In this document: in pieces, positions 47,510-56,874 of the stretch
How positions within the stretch are numbered: the first letter of the stretch is position 1
Layout of the letters: each line of letters opens with the position of its first letter
IMG/VR virus record: IMGVR_UViG_3300046804_003678
Span: 1 to 56,934 of that record
DNA: 56,934 nucleotides
Origin: a virus
Taxonomy: Duplodnaviria > Caudoviricetes
Strand: one strand, 5' to 3'
Translations under genes and position numbers: made by a program
The notes under the pieces: generated by a model
The model's database searches: none
Told to the model about the DNA's origin: nothing
What the model saw: only the letters and a program-made list of their open reading frames with translations

Positions 47510-48064
47510 ATGGCAGCAGCTGCAAAAAACAATAAGCATTACATTGACAACAAGAAGTTTTATACAGCTTTGTTACAACACAAGCAGGCTGTCACCGCTG
47601 CACGTGCAGAAGGCAAAGAAGATCCTCGAATACCATCATACATTGGTGAATGTCTTTATAAGATTGCAACACGACTATCATTAAAGCCAAACTTTATTAG
47701 TTACACATATAGGGATGAGATGATATCAGATGGGTTGGAAAATTGTATTAATTATCTAAATAATTTTGATCCAGAAAAGTCTGACAATCCTTTTGCATAC
47801 TTTACACAAATAATTTGGTTTGCTTTTATTAGACGTATTGATAAAGAGAAAAAACATTTATATATTAAACAAAAGACATTGGAAAATTTTTACTTTGAGG
47901 GTATGTTAGCTGAGCAGGCTTTTGATGAGGATAAATCTGTTACAGTTAACTTGGATAATGAATACATGAAGGGGTTAGTTAAGTCTTACGATAAGAAGCA
48001 AGCTGAAAAGCAAAAGAAGAGTAAGTCAAGACGCCAAGGAGTGGAGAAGTTTTATGAAGAATGA
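47510..48064 (+). CDS. gp55: Late transcription sigma factor gp55
   Basis: HYIDNKKF, EMISDGLENC, NPFAYFTQI. Confidence 0.95.
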   Translation: MAAAAKNNKHYIDNKKFYTALLQHKQAVTAARAEGKEDPRIPSYIGECLYKIATRLSLKPNFISYTYRDEMISDGLENCINYLNNFDPEKSDNPFAYFTQIIWFAFIRRIDKEKKHLYIKQKTLENFYFEGMLAEQAFDEDKSVTVNLDNEYMKGLVKSYDKKQAEKQKKSKSRRQGVEKFYEE

Positions 48065-48272
48065 TAAGTTACATCTTATACCACAAGTTATAATAGATTG
48101 TGCACAAGGATTGTCTACCACAAGACAAGACAATCTACGTTTAAACTATATTGTAAGATTGGAAGCAATCCGTGACTATTGCGATCAGGCATTGAAAACT
48201 GTAGATCAAAGACCTACAACATTAAATAATAGATCAAAAAAATATTCACGTATTGGATTAAACAACGTATGA
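48054..48272 (+). CDS. Hypothetical protein
   Basis: RLEAIRDYC motif; overlap-coupled. Confidence 0.6.
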   Translation: MKNDKLHLIPQVIIDCAQGLSTTRQDNLRLNYIVRLEAIRDYCDQALKTVDQRPTTLNNRSKKYSRIGLNNV

Positions 48273-49339
48273 AAATAGGTTTGATTTCTGACACTCACTA
48301 TGGCATAAGGAATGATTCTCCAATTATGCATAACCATATGAAGAAGTTTTTAGATGAAGTATTTTTTCCAACTATCGCTGATAGAAATATTGGTACTGTT
48401 ATCCATCTGGGGGATCTTGTTGATCGCCGCAAGTACATTAATTATGTAACAGCAAGACGACTACGTGAGGATTTTTTAAAACCATTACAACAACAAGACA
48501 TTGATACATTTATTATCGCTGGTAATCATGACACATACTACAAGAATACCAACTCTGTCAATAGTCTAAGAGAACTGATTGATCACAAGTTTCATAATAT
48601 AACAATATATGATCATTCTGGTGGAGATGTAGTGTTTGAAGATGGTAGCTCTGTGTTATTACTTCCGTGGATATGTGATGACAACAGACAGCAAATAATG
48701 AAAGCTATTGAAGTTTCTCGTTCGCCAATTGCTCTGGGTCATCTAGAGTTGGCTGGTTATGAAATGTTTAAGGGACAGGTGAGTGATCATGGTGATGATC
48801 CTAAGATGTTTGATAAATTTGATCTCGTCCTTTCTGGGCATTATCATACTCGTTCCAATAGGGGTAATATCCATTACCTGGGGACTCCTTGCCAGTATAT
48901 TTGGAGTGACTATGTGGATGTTAGAGGGTTTCATATCCTTGATACATCGACAAGAGAATTAGAATTCATACCCAATCCCAATCAGATCTTTCACAAGTTT
49001 TTTTATGATGATCTCAACAAAAATATGGATGAAGTATTGTTACTAGATACAGATCAATACAAAGACTGTTACGTCAAGGTAATTATTAAAAATAAAACTA
49101 ATCCGTATTGGTTTGATCAGATCATTGAAAGATTGGAAAAGTCTGGCGCAGCTGACCTACAAGTTGTAGAAGATCATTTTAATCTCAACTTGGAAGAGGA
49201 TTCAGATATTGTCAATGAGGCAGAAGATACAATCAGCATTATACACAAATATATTGCCTCAATGGGAATCAATACAGACAAAAAAAGAGTTGAAAACATT
49301 ATACAAAACTTGTATGTTGAAGCACATAATATACTATGA
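48269..49339 (+). CDS. gp47: Recombination endonuclease subunit gp47 (Mre11/SbcD-like)
   Basis: DTHYG, GDLVD, GNHD, GHYH. Confidence 0.95.
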   Translation: MKIGLISDTHYGIRNDSPIMHNHMKKFLDEVFFPTIADRNIGTVIHLGDLVDRRKYINYVTARRLREDFLKPLQQQDIDTFIIAGNHDTYYKNTNSVNSLRELIDHKFHNITIYDHSGGDVVFEDGSSVLLLPWICDDNRQQIMKAIEVSRSPIALGHLELAGYEMFKGQVSDHGDDPKMFDKFDLVLSGHYHTRSNRGNIHYLGTPCQYIWSDYVDVRGFHILDTSTRELEFIPNPNQIFHKFFYDDLNKNMDEVLLLDTDQYKDCYVKVIIKNKTNPYWFDQIIERLEKSGAADLQVVEDHFNLNLEEDSDIVNEAEDTISIIHKYIASMGINTDKKRVENIIQNLYVEAHNIL

Positions 49340-49563
49340 AGATCATACACATTAATAGAAATATTATTCAACAGAATGCAAAGCACAACAGGCAAGAGCC
49401 TGTTGTTCGCGTAGAAGAAAATGGTAAAGTGATATACTGCATGGAAGTAGATATCAAAGGTCCATCACGCATGATTTATCGTCCAGATAAACCAAGACCG
49501 TGTGGTGCAAAGCTTTGGATCGAGACTGATGCAGAAGTTGAAATGATGGGTGTAAAAGTTTGA
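49336..49563 (+). CDS. Conserved hypothetical protein
   Basis: IHINRN, CGAKLWIET. Confidence 0.7.
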   Translation: MKIIHINRNIIQQNAKHNRQEPVVRVEENGKVIYCMEVDIKGPSRMIYRPDKPRPCGAKLWIETDAEVEMMGVKV

Positions 49564-51275
49564 TTTTTTTTAAGAAGATTCGTTGGAAAAACTTTCTATC
49601 TACTGGTAATAGTTTTACAGAGATTGACTTTAGTAAGAACAATACAACACTAATCGTTGGTGAGAATGGTGCAGGTAAGTCTACTATGCTAGATGCACTG
49701 TCGTTTGTTCTTTACAATAAACCATTCCGTAAAGTAAACAAACCACAACTACTAAACTCTATCAATAAGAAAGATCTTGTTGTAGAGATTGAGTTAAACA
49801 TCGGCTCACATATGTACAAGATTGTACGAGGTCTTAAGCCAGCAGTATTTGAAGTATATCAAAACAATCGCCTACTCAATCAAGATGCTGAGACAAAAGA
49901 TTATCAGGATGTTCTTGAGAAGCAGATCCTCAAGCTCAATCATAAATCTTTTTGTCAGGTAGTAGTACTTGGGTCTGCATCGTTTGTTCCGTTCATGCAG
50001 CTTACAGCAGCAGCAAGACGTGAAGTGATTGAAGATATTCTAGACATACAAATATTTTCTACAATGAATAGTCTACTTAAAGACAAAGTAAGTACCAATA
50101 CAATCAAACTACAAGAAGTTGTATATCAATATGATCTGACGTCAGAAAAGATAAAGATGCAGAATGAACATATTGTTGCTATGCAAAAAAATAATGATGA
50201 ACAAATTGAGAAGCTACGTAGAGAGCTAAAACATCAAACAGATCTTATAGAGCTAGAAAAAAATGAGATTGAACATCTGGAGTCAAAAATCGTATCGCTC
50301 AAAGCCACTATTGAGGATCAAGAACAAGTTAATAAAAAACAAAAAACACTACAAAGACTCGAAGTCCAGTTGGCAGATAAAATTACCAAACTCCAGACTG
50401 ACATCGAATTCTTTACTTCACACGATTCTTGTCCTACGTGCAAGCAAGATATTGACGCACAATTTAAGTGTGAGACTGTGGATACTAAACAAATACAAAT
50501 TCAAGAAACGCAAAACGGTATCGAAAAACTCAAAGAAGAGATCACTGTCATTCATGAAAAGATCCAGCACATTGCTGATGTATCGTCTCAAATATCCTCT
50601 TTGAACATTGATAAAATTACAAAGAATAATAACATCAGTGGTCTTGTCTCTCAATGTAAGAAGATTGCAAGAGAAATGAAAGAGCTACAAGATAAGACTG
50701 ATGAATTAGTAGTAAATGATGATAAGATGAAAGAGCTAGAACAATCTCTTGGACAATATACGTTAGAAAAAACAGAGTTGTTAAAAGACAGAGATGCTCT
50801 TGGTGTGGCATCTATTATTCTCAAAGACAATGGTATCAAGGCAAAGATTATCAAACAATACATACCTGTAATTAATAAATTGATTAACAAGTATCTTGCT
50901 GCTATGGATTTCTTTGTCAACTTTGAACTAGATGAAAATTTTAATGAAACAATCAAATCAAGATTCAGAGACGAATTTAGCTACCCCTCCTTCTCAGAAG
51001 GAGAAAAGATGCGTATCAACCTCGCTGTACTATTTACTTGGAGAGCGATTGCTAAGCTTAGGAATTCTGCTAGCACTAATCTACTTATTATGGATGAAGT
51101 CCTCGACGGTTCGTTGGATAGTAACGGCACTGATGAGTTCCTAAAGATTATTAATACGTTGACACAAGATACAAATACGTTTATTATAAGTCATAAAACA
51201 GATCAATTATATGACAAATTTACCAACGTACTCAAATTTGAGAAGCATAAAAATTTTAGTCGGATTGCAGCATGA
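49560..51275 (+). CDS. gp46: Recombination ATPase subunit gp46 (Rad50/SbcC-like)
   Basis: GENGAGKST, CPTC hook, FSEGEK, MDEVLD. Confidence 0.95.
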   Translation: MIFFKKIRWKNFLSTGNSFTEIDFSKNNTTLIVGENGAGKSTMLDALSFVLYNKPFRKVNKPQLLNSINKKDLVVEIELNIGSHMYKIVRGLKPAVFEVYQNNRLLNQDAETKDYQDVLEKQILKLNHKSFCQVVVLGSASFVPFMQLTAAARREVIEDILDIQIFSTMNSLLKDKVSTNTIKLQEVVYQYDLTSEKIKMQNEHIVAMQKNNDEQIEKLRRELKHQTDLIELEKNEIEHLESKIVSLKATIEDQEQVNKKQKTLQRLEVQLADKITKLQTDIEFFTSHDSCPTCKQDIDAQFKCETVDTKQIQIQETQNGIEKLKEEITVIHEKIQHIADVSSQISSLNIDKITKNNNISGLVSQCKKIAREMKELQDKTDELVVNDDKMKELEQSLGQYTLEKTELLKDRDALGVASIILKDNGIKAKIIKQYIPVINKLINKYLAAMDFFVNFELDENFNETIKSRFRDEFSYPSFSEGEKMRINLAVLFTWRAIAKLRNSASTNLLIMDEVLDGSLDSNGTDEFLKIINTLTQDTNTFIISHKTDQLYDKFTNVLKFEKHKNFSRIAA

Positions 51276-51484
51276 GTGAAAATAAAACAACTATTACATT
51301 GACTATTGGTGATGTTATGGGAATTGCAAATTGGATGGAATCTTATAGAGATCCAAACAAACAACCACAACTTATAACAATAGAAAAAACAGAGACAGGT
51401 ATTGGACCTGTTATTAAAGCATATATTGAGACCTCACCTGGTCAAGGTGTATATAAAGATTTTACAGATTATAAGAGTTGGTGA
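51272..51484 (+). CDS. Hypothetical protein
   Basis: ATGA overlap. Confidence 0.6.
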   Translation: MSENKTTITLTIGDVMGIANWMESYRDPNKQPQLITIEKTETGIGPVIKAYIETSPGQGVYKDFTDYKSW

Positions 51485-51488
51485 TCAC

Positions 51489-51932
51489 ATGACAATAGAA
51501 GAAAAATTAATGACCTATAAAGAAGGTTTTAGAGATGGCTGGAAAGATGGTTATGAGCAGGGAAGAAGAGATGCTTCTCTGTTAACTCCTCTTCCTTATA
51601 ATATAGATTATTATACTGATAGATGTAAAATTTGTGGAAGATCGGGTGTTAGTGCAGTAGTATGTTCTGTGCCTACTTGTCCTACAAGAGTAACATCGTC
51701 AGGTGCAGCAGGAGAGATAGGTAAGTGGGTTGAAACAGGAAACCATATGGCTGGTGCTAGCGGAGGTTCTACTATACATCCTTTAGCAGCAGGATTAGCA
51801 GCAGGAGCAAATGGACCCTCTATACCACTTCCACCAAACACAATTAGTTTAGATGAGGCTATCAGGCGTCAACAAAGTTATGAAGAGTATGTTAAACAAA
51901 ACTATAATATTAAAACATCGGATATAACATGA
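51489..51932 (+). CDS. Hypothetical protein with Cys cluster
   Basis: GFRDGWKDGYEQG and CxxC...CxxxxC. Confidence 0.6.
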   Translation: MTIEEKLMTYKEGFRDGWKDGYEQGRRDASLLTPLPYNIDYYTDRCKICGRSGVSAVVCSVPTCPTRVTSSGAAGEIGKWVETGNHMAGASGGSTIHPLAAGLAAGANGPSIPLPPNTISLDEAIRRQQSYEEYVKQNYNIKTSDIT

Positions 51933-52111
51933 GTGATTTTGAAAACAAATATCGTGTATGGCACAAATATATGTCATACATTAAGTCTTCAGTACGTATT
52001 GCAGGATGTGTGGCTATAATGTGGGTAGGTAATTTTTCTGATCTAGCATTTGGTCTAGCATTTGCATTTTTAATTGCTGAGCTAATTGGTATTGCGGAGG
52101 AGTGGGTATGA
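51929..52111 (+). CDS. Small membrane protein
   Basis: S.IKS.VRI...AELIGIAEE. Confidence 0.65.
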   Translation: MSDFENKYRVWHKYMSYIKSSVRIAGCVAIMWVGNFSDLAFGLAFAFLIAELIGIAEEWV

Positions 52112-52608
52112 GTGAGGATTTAATATTAAAATATCCACATCACATGCTAACAACACCTTGTGAGGATTTCGACTTTGCTAATCCTCCTGGAGATCCAAAT
52201 GATCTTGCTGTTGGATTAATGGATATAATGAATCAATTCAATGGTGTTGGACTTTCAGCAAATCAAGTTGGCATACCGTTTCGTGTGTTTGTAATGAGAA
52301 GTTCACCAGAAAATTTTGTTTGCTTTAATCCTAAGATAGTATATTATAGTGAAGATACAGAGACATTAGAAGAAGGTTGTTTGTCATTTCCTTTGGTCAA
52401 TGTAAAGATTAAAAGATCAAAACATATCAGAGTAAGATTTCAAGTGCCATCAGGTGAAACAGTTTCCATGTCATTTGATGGGCTTACAGCAAGAGTATTT
52501 CAACATGAGATTGACCATTTAGATGGTAAGTTGTTTGTTAACAGAGCTAACAGATACCATCGCGATAAAGCATTGAAGGGTTATTACGATGGAAGAAAAT
52601 CAGCTTAG
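52108..52608 (+). CDS. def: Peptide deformylase
   Basis: GVGLSANQ, EGCLS, QHEIDHLDG. Confidence 0.92.
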   Translation: MSEDLILKYPHHMLTTPCEDFDFANPPGDPNDLAVGLMDIMNQFNGVGLSANQVGIPFRVFVMRSSPENFVCFNPKIVYYSEDTETLEEGCLSFPLVNVKIKRSKHIRVRFQVPSGETVSMSFDGLTARVFQHEIDHLDGKLFVNRANRYHRDKALKGYYDGRKSA

Positions 52609-52858
52609 TAAAGAACAAATGAAAGAAGGTTTTAGAGTAGGTGAGTATTTTGTTACTTTTCCTCCTGGAGATTTTGTTCATGAAGATAAAGATGGCAACG
52701 TATCGGTCGATGTCGACATCTATAGAATTGATAAAGATAGATTGTATAAAGTAAACGGTCAGATAACAGAAGAAGTAGAAAAACAAATTAGTGATGAATT
52801 AAATCGTATGTTGACAGCAGCGGTAGATCTTTATAAGGAGAAAGAACAGGATGTCTAA
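52589..52858 (+). CDS. Hypothetical protein
   Basis: In operon. Confidence 0.55.
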   Translation: MEENQLSKEQMKEGFRVGEYFVTFPPGDFVHEDKDGNVSVDVDIYRIDKDRLYKVNGQITEEVEKQISDELNRMLTAAVDLYKEKEQDV

Positions 52859-53714
52859 GATTAAAGTAGCAGAATTATTCTATTCACTTCAAGGTGAAGG
52901 ACAATATCTTGGAACACCTTCAGTATTTCTTCGTACGTTTGGATGTAACTTTATGTGTTCGGGGTTTGGTATGCCTCGTGGACAGTTATCAGAAGAACGT
53001 CTAGCAGTCGATCCTAAAGATTATGATAAGTATGATAATCTTCCGTTGGTTCATACAGGATGTGATTCATATGCATCATGGGATCCTAGATTCAAACACC
53101 TTTCTCCTCTATTGACAGTAGAAGCAATTGTAGATAGAATGCAACAACTCCTACCAGAGGGTAAGTTTGGTCCCGACAAGCATTTGATTCTTACAGGTGG
53201 TGAGCCATTGCTAGGATGGCAACGTTCATACATTGATCTGTTTGAAGAAATATTTAAACGTGATATGAATCTCACTCACATTACTTTTGAGACAAACGGT
53301 ACACAACAACTTAAGTCAGAATTAATTGATTGGTTTAAGTCTAATGATTGTTTTCCTGATCTAAATATAACATTCAGTGTATCATCTAAGCTTCCTTCAT
53401 CTGGTGAGAAGTGGGAAGAAGCAATACGTCCAGAAATTATTAAACAATACTATGATATTGGTAGTCTCACTTACTTTAAGTGGGTAGTATCAAACGAAGA
53501 TGATTACAATGATGTTGTAAGAGCGATTGATGACTACTCTATGACATTGAGAGCAGCAATGCAATACATTCCTGTATATCTGATGCCAGCAGGTGGTACG
53601 ACAAAGGTATATGATACTAATGAGAAATGGGTTGCTGATCTTGCAATGAAGCATGGATGGAGATACACACCACGTCTTCAAGTACAATTGTGGAAGAATG
53701 CTTGGGGAACATAA
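52851..53714 (+). CDS. queE: 7-carboxy-7-deazaguanine synthase (radical SAM)
   Basis: SLQGEG, FLRTFGCNFMC...CDS (split Cys motif), TGGEP, ETNGT, PRLQ. Confidence 0.88.
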   Translation: MSKIKVAELFYSLQGEGQYLGTPSVFLRTFGCNFMCSGFGMPRGQLSEERLAVDPKDYDKYDNLPLVHTGCDSYASWDPRFKHLSPLLTVEAIVDRMQQLLPEGKFGPDKHLILTGGEPLLGWQRSYIDLFEEIFKRDMNLTHITFETNGTQQLKSELIDWFKSNDCFPDLNITFSVSSKLPSSGEKWEEAIRPEIIKQYYDIGSLTYFKWVVSNEDDYNDVVRAIDDYSMTLRAAMQYIPVYLMPAGGTTKVYDTNEKWVADLAMKHGWRYTPRLQVQLWKNAWGT

Positions 53715-53965
53715 TGCCAAGAAAGAGTTCAGAGATTATTGATGATGTCATTACGTCTTTAGAGACTCTTATTGATGCTCTAGATGATGAATGGCATCAT
53801 AACGATGAAGGTGAATGGCGTAAAGCAGATAATATACGAAAAGTAATTATACCACCTGCTAAAGAAAAATTTAAGAAAGTTTTAGACGAATATATTGATC
53901 GTCGTATAGAGACATATTGTGATAAACATCACATTCAAAGAATAAAATTTACAGAGGTACAATAA
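53714..53965 (+). CDS. Hypothetical protein
   Basis: TAATG coupling at both ends. Confidence 0.6.
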   Translation: MPRKSSEIIDDVITSLETLIDALDDEWHHNDEGEWRKADNIRKVIIPPAKEKFKKVLDEYIDRRIETYCDKHHIQRIKFTEVQ

Positions 53966-54462
53966 TGAATAAACCAGTAGTATACAAATATGTTAGTACA
54001 AAAGAATACCATAATGCATTTCCTGTTGCATATCGTCAGTGGAAAGCGGATAGTCATTGCAATCTAATTCATGGTTATGCTTTCTCTATGAAGTTTTATT
54101 TTGGTACGGATAGCCTCGATGCTCGTAACTGGGCAGCTGACTATGGTGGTCTGAAAGAACTCAAGAATGTTCTAGAAGATCAATTTGATCATACATTACT
54201 AGTATCAGAAGATGACCCAGAGCTTGAAACATATAAGCTGCTAGAACAAAAGAAAATGGCAAAGCTTACCATCTTACCTAAACTTGGATGTGAGGGTCTT
54301 GCTGATATGTTATATCGTTATGTTAATGGTGTCTATATTCCTGATATGTGGGGTCCAGGTGAAGCAGAACGTCTATGGTGTTTCAGAGTTGAAGTAAGAG
54401 AAACATTAGCTAATATGGCCTATCGTGAAGGTCATCGTGAATGGAATGAGGAACTTATTTAA
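53965..54462 (+). CDS. queD: 6-carboxy-tetrahydropterin synthase
   Basis: CNLIHGY, DYGGLK, FDHT, VEVRET. Confidence 0.85.
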   Translation: MNKPVVYKYVSTKEYHNAFPVAYRQWKADSHCNLIHGYAFSMKFYFGTDSLDARNWAADYGGLKELKNVLEDQFDHTLLVSEDDPELETYKLLEQKKMAKLTILPKLGCEGLADMLYRYVNGVYIPDMWGPGEAERLWCFRVEVRETLANMAYREGHREWNEELI

Positions 54463-54463
54463 T

Positions 54464-55258
54464 ATGGGTGAACTTAAAGATTATTATACTGGAGAAGTTA
54501 GTAAAGTGAAAGATACAATTACAAAACCAACTAAAATAGAGACGCCTGTAACATATCAATCTGTCTCAGATAAAATCATTAAAAGGATGAAAGATGCAAA
54601 TGCTCGCTTTTTTGCCAATGATAACATTAGCAAATATATGGACGATGGCGATCTTGAGTTACTCGTTGACGAGGTAGAAGAGAAGGCTGATGCTTTCCTT
54701 CGCTCACTTTGTATTGATGTTGACAACGATCCTAACTCTAAGGGTACTGCTAGACGTCTTTCTAAGATGTATCTTAGAGAGTTAATGGCAGGTAGGTATC
54801 TTCCTGCACCAGAGGTCACAGCATTCCCTAATGATGGATCACATGGTACACAACCATATAACGGAATGTTGGTAGTTCGTGCAGAACTTAAATCTATGTG
54901 TTCTCATCACCATCAGCCAGTTACAGGGACAGCATACATCGGTATCATTCCAACAACTAAGGTGATTGGTCTTTCTAAGTATGTTCGTATTGCTCAACAT
55001 TGTGCACGACGTGGTACATTGCAAGAAGAACTATGTGGTGATATTGCTCAGGCTATCATGGATGCAACAAATAGTGAGAATGTTGCAGTTCATATTGCAG
55101 CGGAACATGGATGTTGTACAAACCGTGGTATCATGGCATCATCGTCTTTGACACAGACTACAGTACTTCATGGCATGTTCTATATCAGCAGCATTAAGGA
55201 TGAATTCTTCCAGAATATCCGCCTGCAATCGTCGCAAAACAAGTATAGCTGCTTGTAA
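54464..55258 (+). CDS. folE: GTP cyclohydrolase I
   Basis: SMCSHH, GLSK, LQE, HGCCTNRG. Confidence 0.92.
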   Translation: MGELKDYYTGEVSKVKDTITKPTKIETPVTYQSVSDKIIKRMKDANARFFANDNISKYMDDGDLELLVDEVEEKADAFLRSLCIDVDNDPNSKGTARRLSKMYLRELMAGRYLPAPEVTAFPNDGSHGTQPYNGMLVVRAELKSMCSHHHQPVTGTAYIGIIPTTKVIGLSKYVRIAQHCARRGTLQEELCGDIAQAIMDATNSENVAVHIAAEHGCCTNRGIMASSSLTQTTVLHGMFYISSIKDEFFQNIRLQSSQNKYSCL

Positions 55259-55275
55259 TCATTGGGTTTTTTCCT

Positions 55276-55335
55276 GTTGACTTTTTTATTAAATAATCGT
55301 AATATAATAAGTATAAGTCAACAGGAGTCAAACTT
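55276..55335 (+). promoter_or_regulatory. Sigma70-like early promoter + RBS
   Basis: TGTTGACTTTTTT...AATCGTAATATAAT...AGGAG. Confidence 0.7.
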
Positions 55336-55569
55336 ATGAAACAATCCAGCACAAAGATTAAAGAATTTGATCAAATTGCTTTCTATCAAGACTACTATAA
55401 TATGTCTGTGGATGAATTTCGTAATAGATGCATCAATCTAATCAAGGATGCTCGTGCCCCTAACTTAACATTGATAGAACAACTTAAGAAGAGTTCTAGC
55501 AAGGATTATATTCTTAAGTCAGTCAATAACTTTATCATGAAAGGTCATGGATATGGAGTTGTCAAATGA
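55336..55569 (+). CDS. Hypothetical protein
   Basis: SD AGGAG. Confidence 0.65.
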   Translation: MKQSSTKIKEFDQIAFYQDYYNMSVDEFRNRCINLIKDARAPNLTLIEQLKKSSSKDYILKSVNNFIMKGHGYGVVK

Positions 55570-56045
55570 GTGATCGCATTACAAGTGAATGGACAGAAGA
55601 TACTATTGGAGCTTTTGGAGACACGCCAAAAGTACGAAAAGGAATTTTAGCAGAAAAGCTATTTTACGATTATGCTATTAAGGTTTATGATCAAGTAATT
55701 GATCACAGTAAAGAAAAAAACAATCAAGTTAGGGGTTGTGATTTTTCAATTAAAAGAAATACATGGAAGAATTTTTATGGTGTAGATGTAAAAAGCAACT
55801 TCTATGCTAATGGTACGTTCTATATTGAAAATGAATCACAAGGCTGGCTTCGTAACCCCAATAAAAAATGTGATCGCATTTTTCACATATGTGCAGAAAC
55901 AGGATGGGGAATTGAATACGATCGTAAAAGTATGATTCAATATATTGATACCCATCAAATAAAATCAGACAAAGATGGTCTAGTTTTATTATCATCTTTT
56001 GATAAATCGTTAAACGGTATCTTAAAAAAATATAAAGTTAGATAA
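55566..56045 (+). CDS. Putative PD-(D/E)XK nuclease
   Basis: G..AE helix, GCDF, VDVK, IE...GWL pattern. Confidence 0.6.
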   Translation: MSDRITSEWTEDTIGAFGDTPKVRKGILAEKLFYDYAIKVYDQVIDHSKEKNNQVRGCDFSIKRNTWKNFYGVDVKSNFYANGTFYIENESQGWLRNPNKKCDRIFHICAETGWGIEYDRKSMIQYIDTHQIKSDKDGLVLLSSFDKSLNGILKKYKVR

Positions 56046-56494
56046 TGTTTGTAGAAACAAAACAACTAGAAGGTTGGACGTTTCATCATACTATGACTAT
56101 TACTGGTCATAGAGGTAGCAAGTCTATTGAAGTGGTCAATGATGAAAAATACAATTCGATAGGTGGGTTGTATGCTGTTTACCAAAATAATCAATTACTG
56201 TATATTGGTGAATATAGCAATTCATTTCAGGCTCGTTGGTTAAATAAAAAACCAAACTCAAATGGTGAATTAAAATTCAGACATTTTAAGGGTGAATATC
56301 TTGCAGAACAAGCAAGAAGTAAAAGTCAGGAAGTATTAGTTTACGTGCTGCCACTATCTAGTATCAAACAACAATTTCCTGACAATAGATGGGTCAACCA
56401 ACATGGTATAGAAGCAGAACTAATCAAACACTACAACCCACCTTTGAATACACAATACATAACAACTAGTAAGAAAGATCGTGAAAATGGATAA
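56045..56494 (+). CDS. GIY-YIG family endonuclease
   Basis: GLY-X9-YIG, R, IEAELI, PPLN. Confidence 0.75.
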   Translation: MFVETKQLEGWTFHHTMTITGHRGSKSIEVVNDEKYNSIGGLYAVYQNNQLLYIGEYSNSFQARWLNKKPNSNGELKFRHFKGEYLAEQARSKSQEVLVYVLPLSSIKQQFPDNRWVNQHGIEAELIKHYNPPLNTQYITTSKKDRENG

Positions 56495-56867
56495 TCAAAA
56501 ATATATCTGGGTGAAGTTTGCAAAAGAAGGTATTCACAAATATCCAGCAGCATTGGAAGATCCAAAGCTAGCAACTGGCGACCATTATGATGTTAGTTTT
56601 CTTGGATATCCTCACCGTCATATTTTCCATTTCAAGATTCAAATTGAAGTATTTCATGATGACCGTGATATTGAGTTTATTCAGTTTAAACGTTGGCTAG
56701 AATCGCTATATTCTGATGGAACCTTGCAACTAAATTATCGCTCCTGTGAGATGATTTCTGATGATTTGGCAGCAAAGATAAAAGATAAATACCCTAAGAG
56801 AGATATCATTATAGATGTCAGTGAGGACGATGAAAACGGATCTCATTGCATCTATCCAAAAGGGTAA
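56487..56867 (+). CDS. QueD-like (T-fold) protein associated with deazaguanine clusters
   Basis: EGIH.YP, HRHIFHF, DRDIEFI, SCEMI, VSEDDENG. Confidence 0.55.
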   Translation: MDNQKYIWVKFAKEGIHKYPAALEDPKLATGDHYDVSFLGYPHRHIFHFKIQIEVFHDDRDIEFIQFKRWLESLYSDGTLQLNYRSCEMISDDLAAKIKDKYPKRDIIIDVSEDDENGSHCIYPKG

Positions 56868-56874
56868 AGCTAAA

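Noticed and set aside
7009-55995. Numerous 60-130 aa antisense or out-of-frame ORFs inside recognised genes
   Set aside because: Shadow ORFs with no RBS or motifs, fully overlapping well-supported genes
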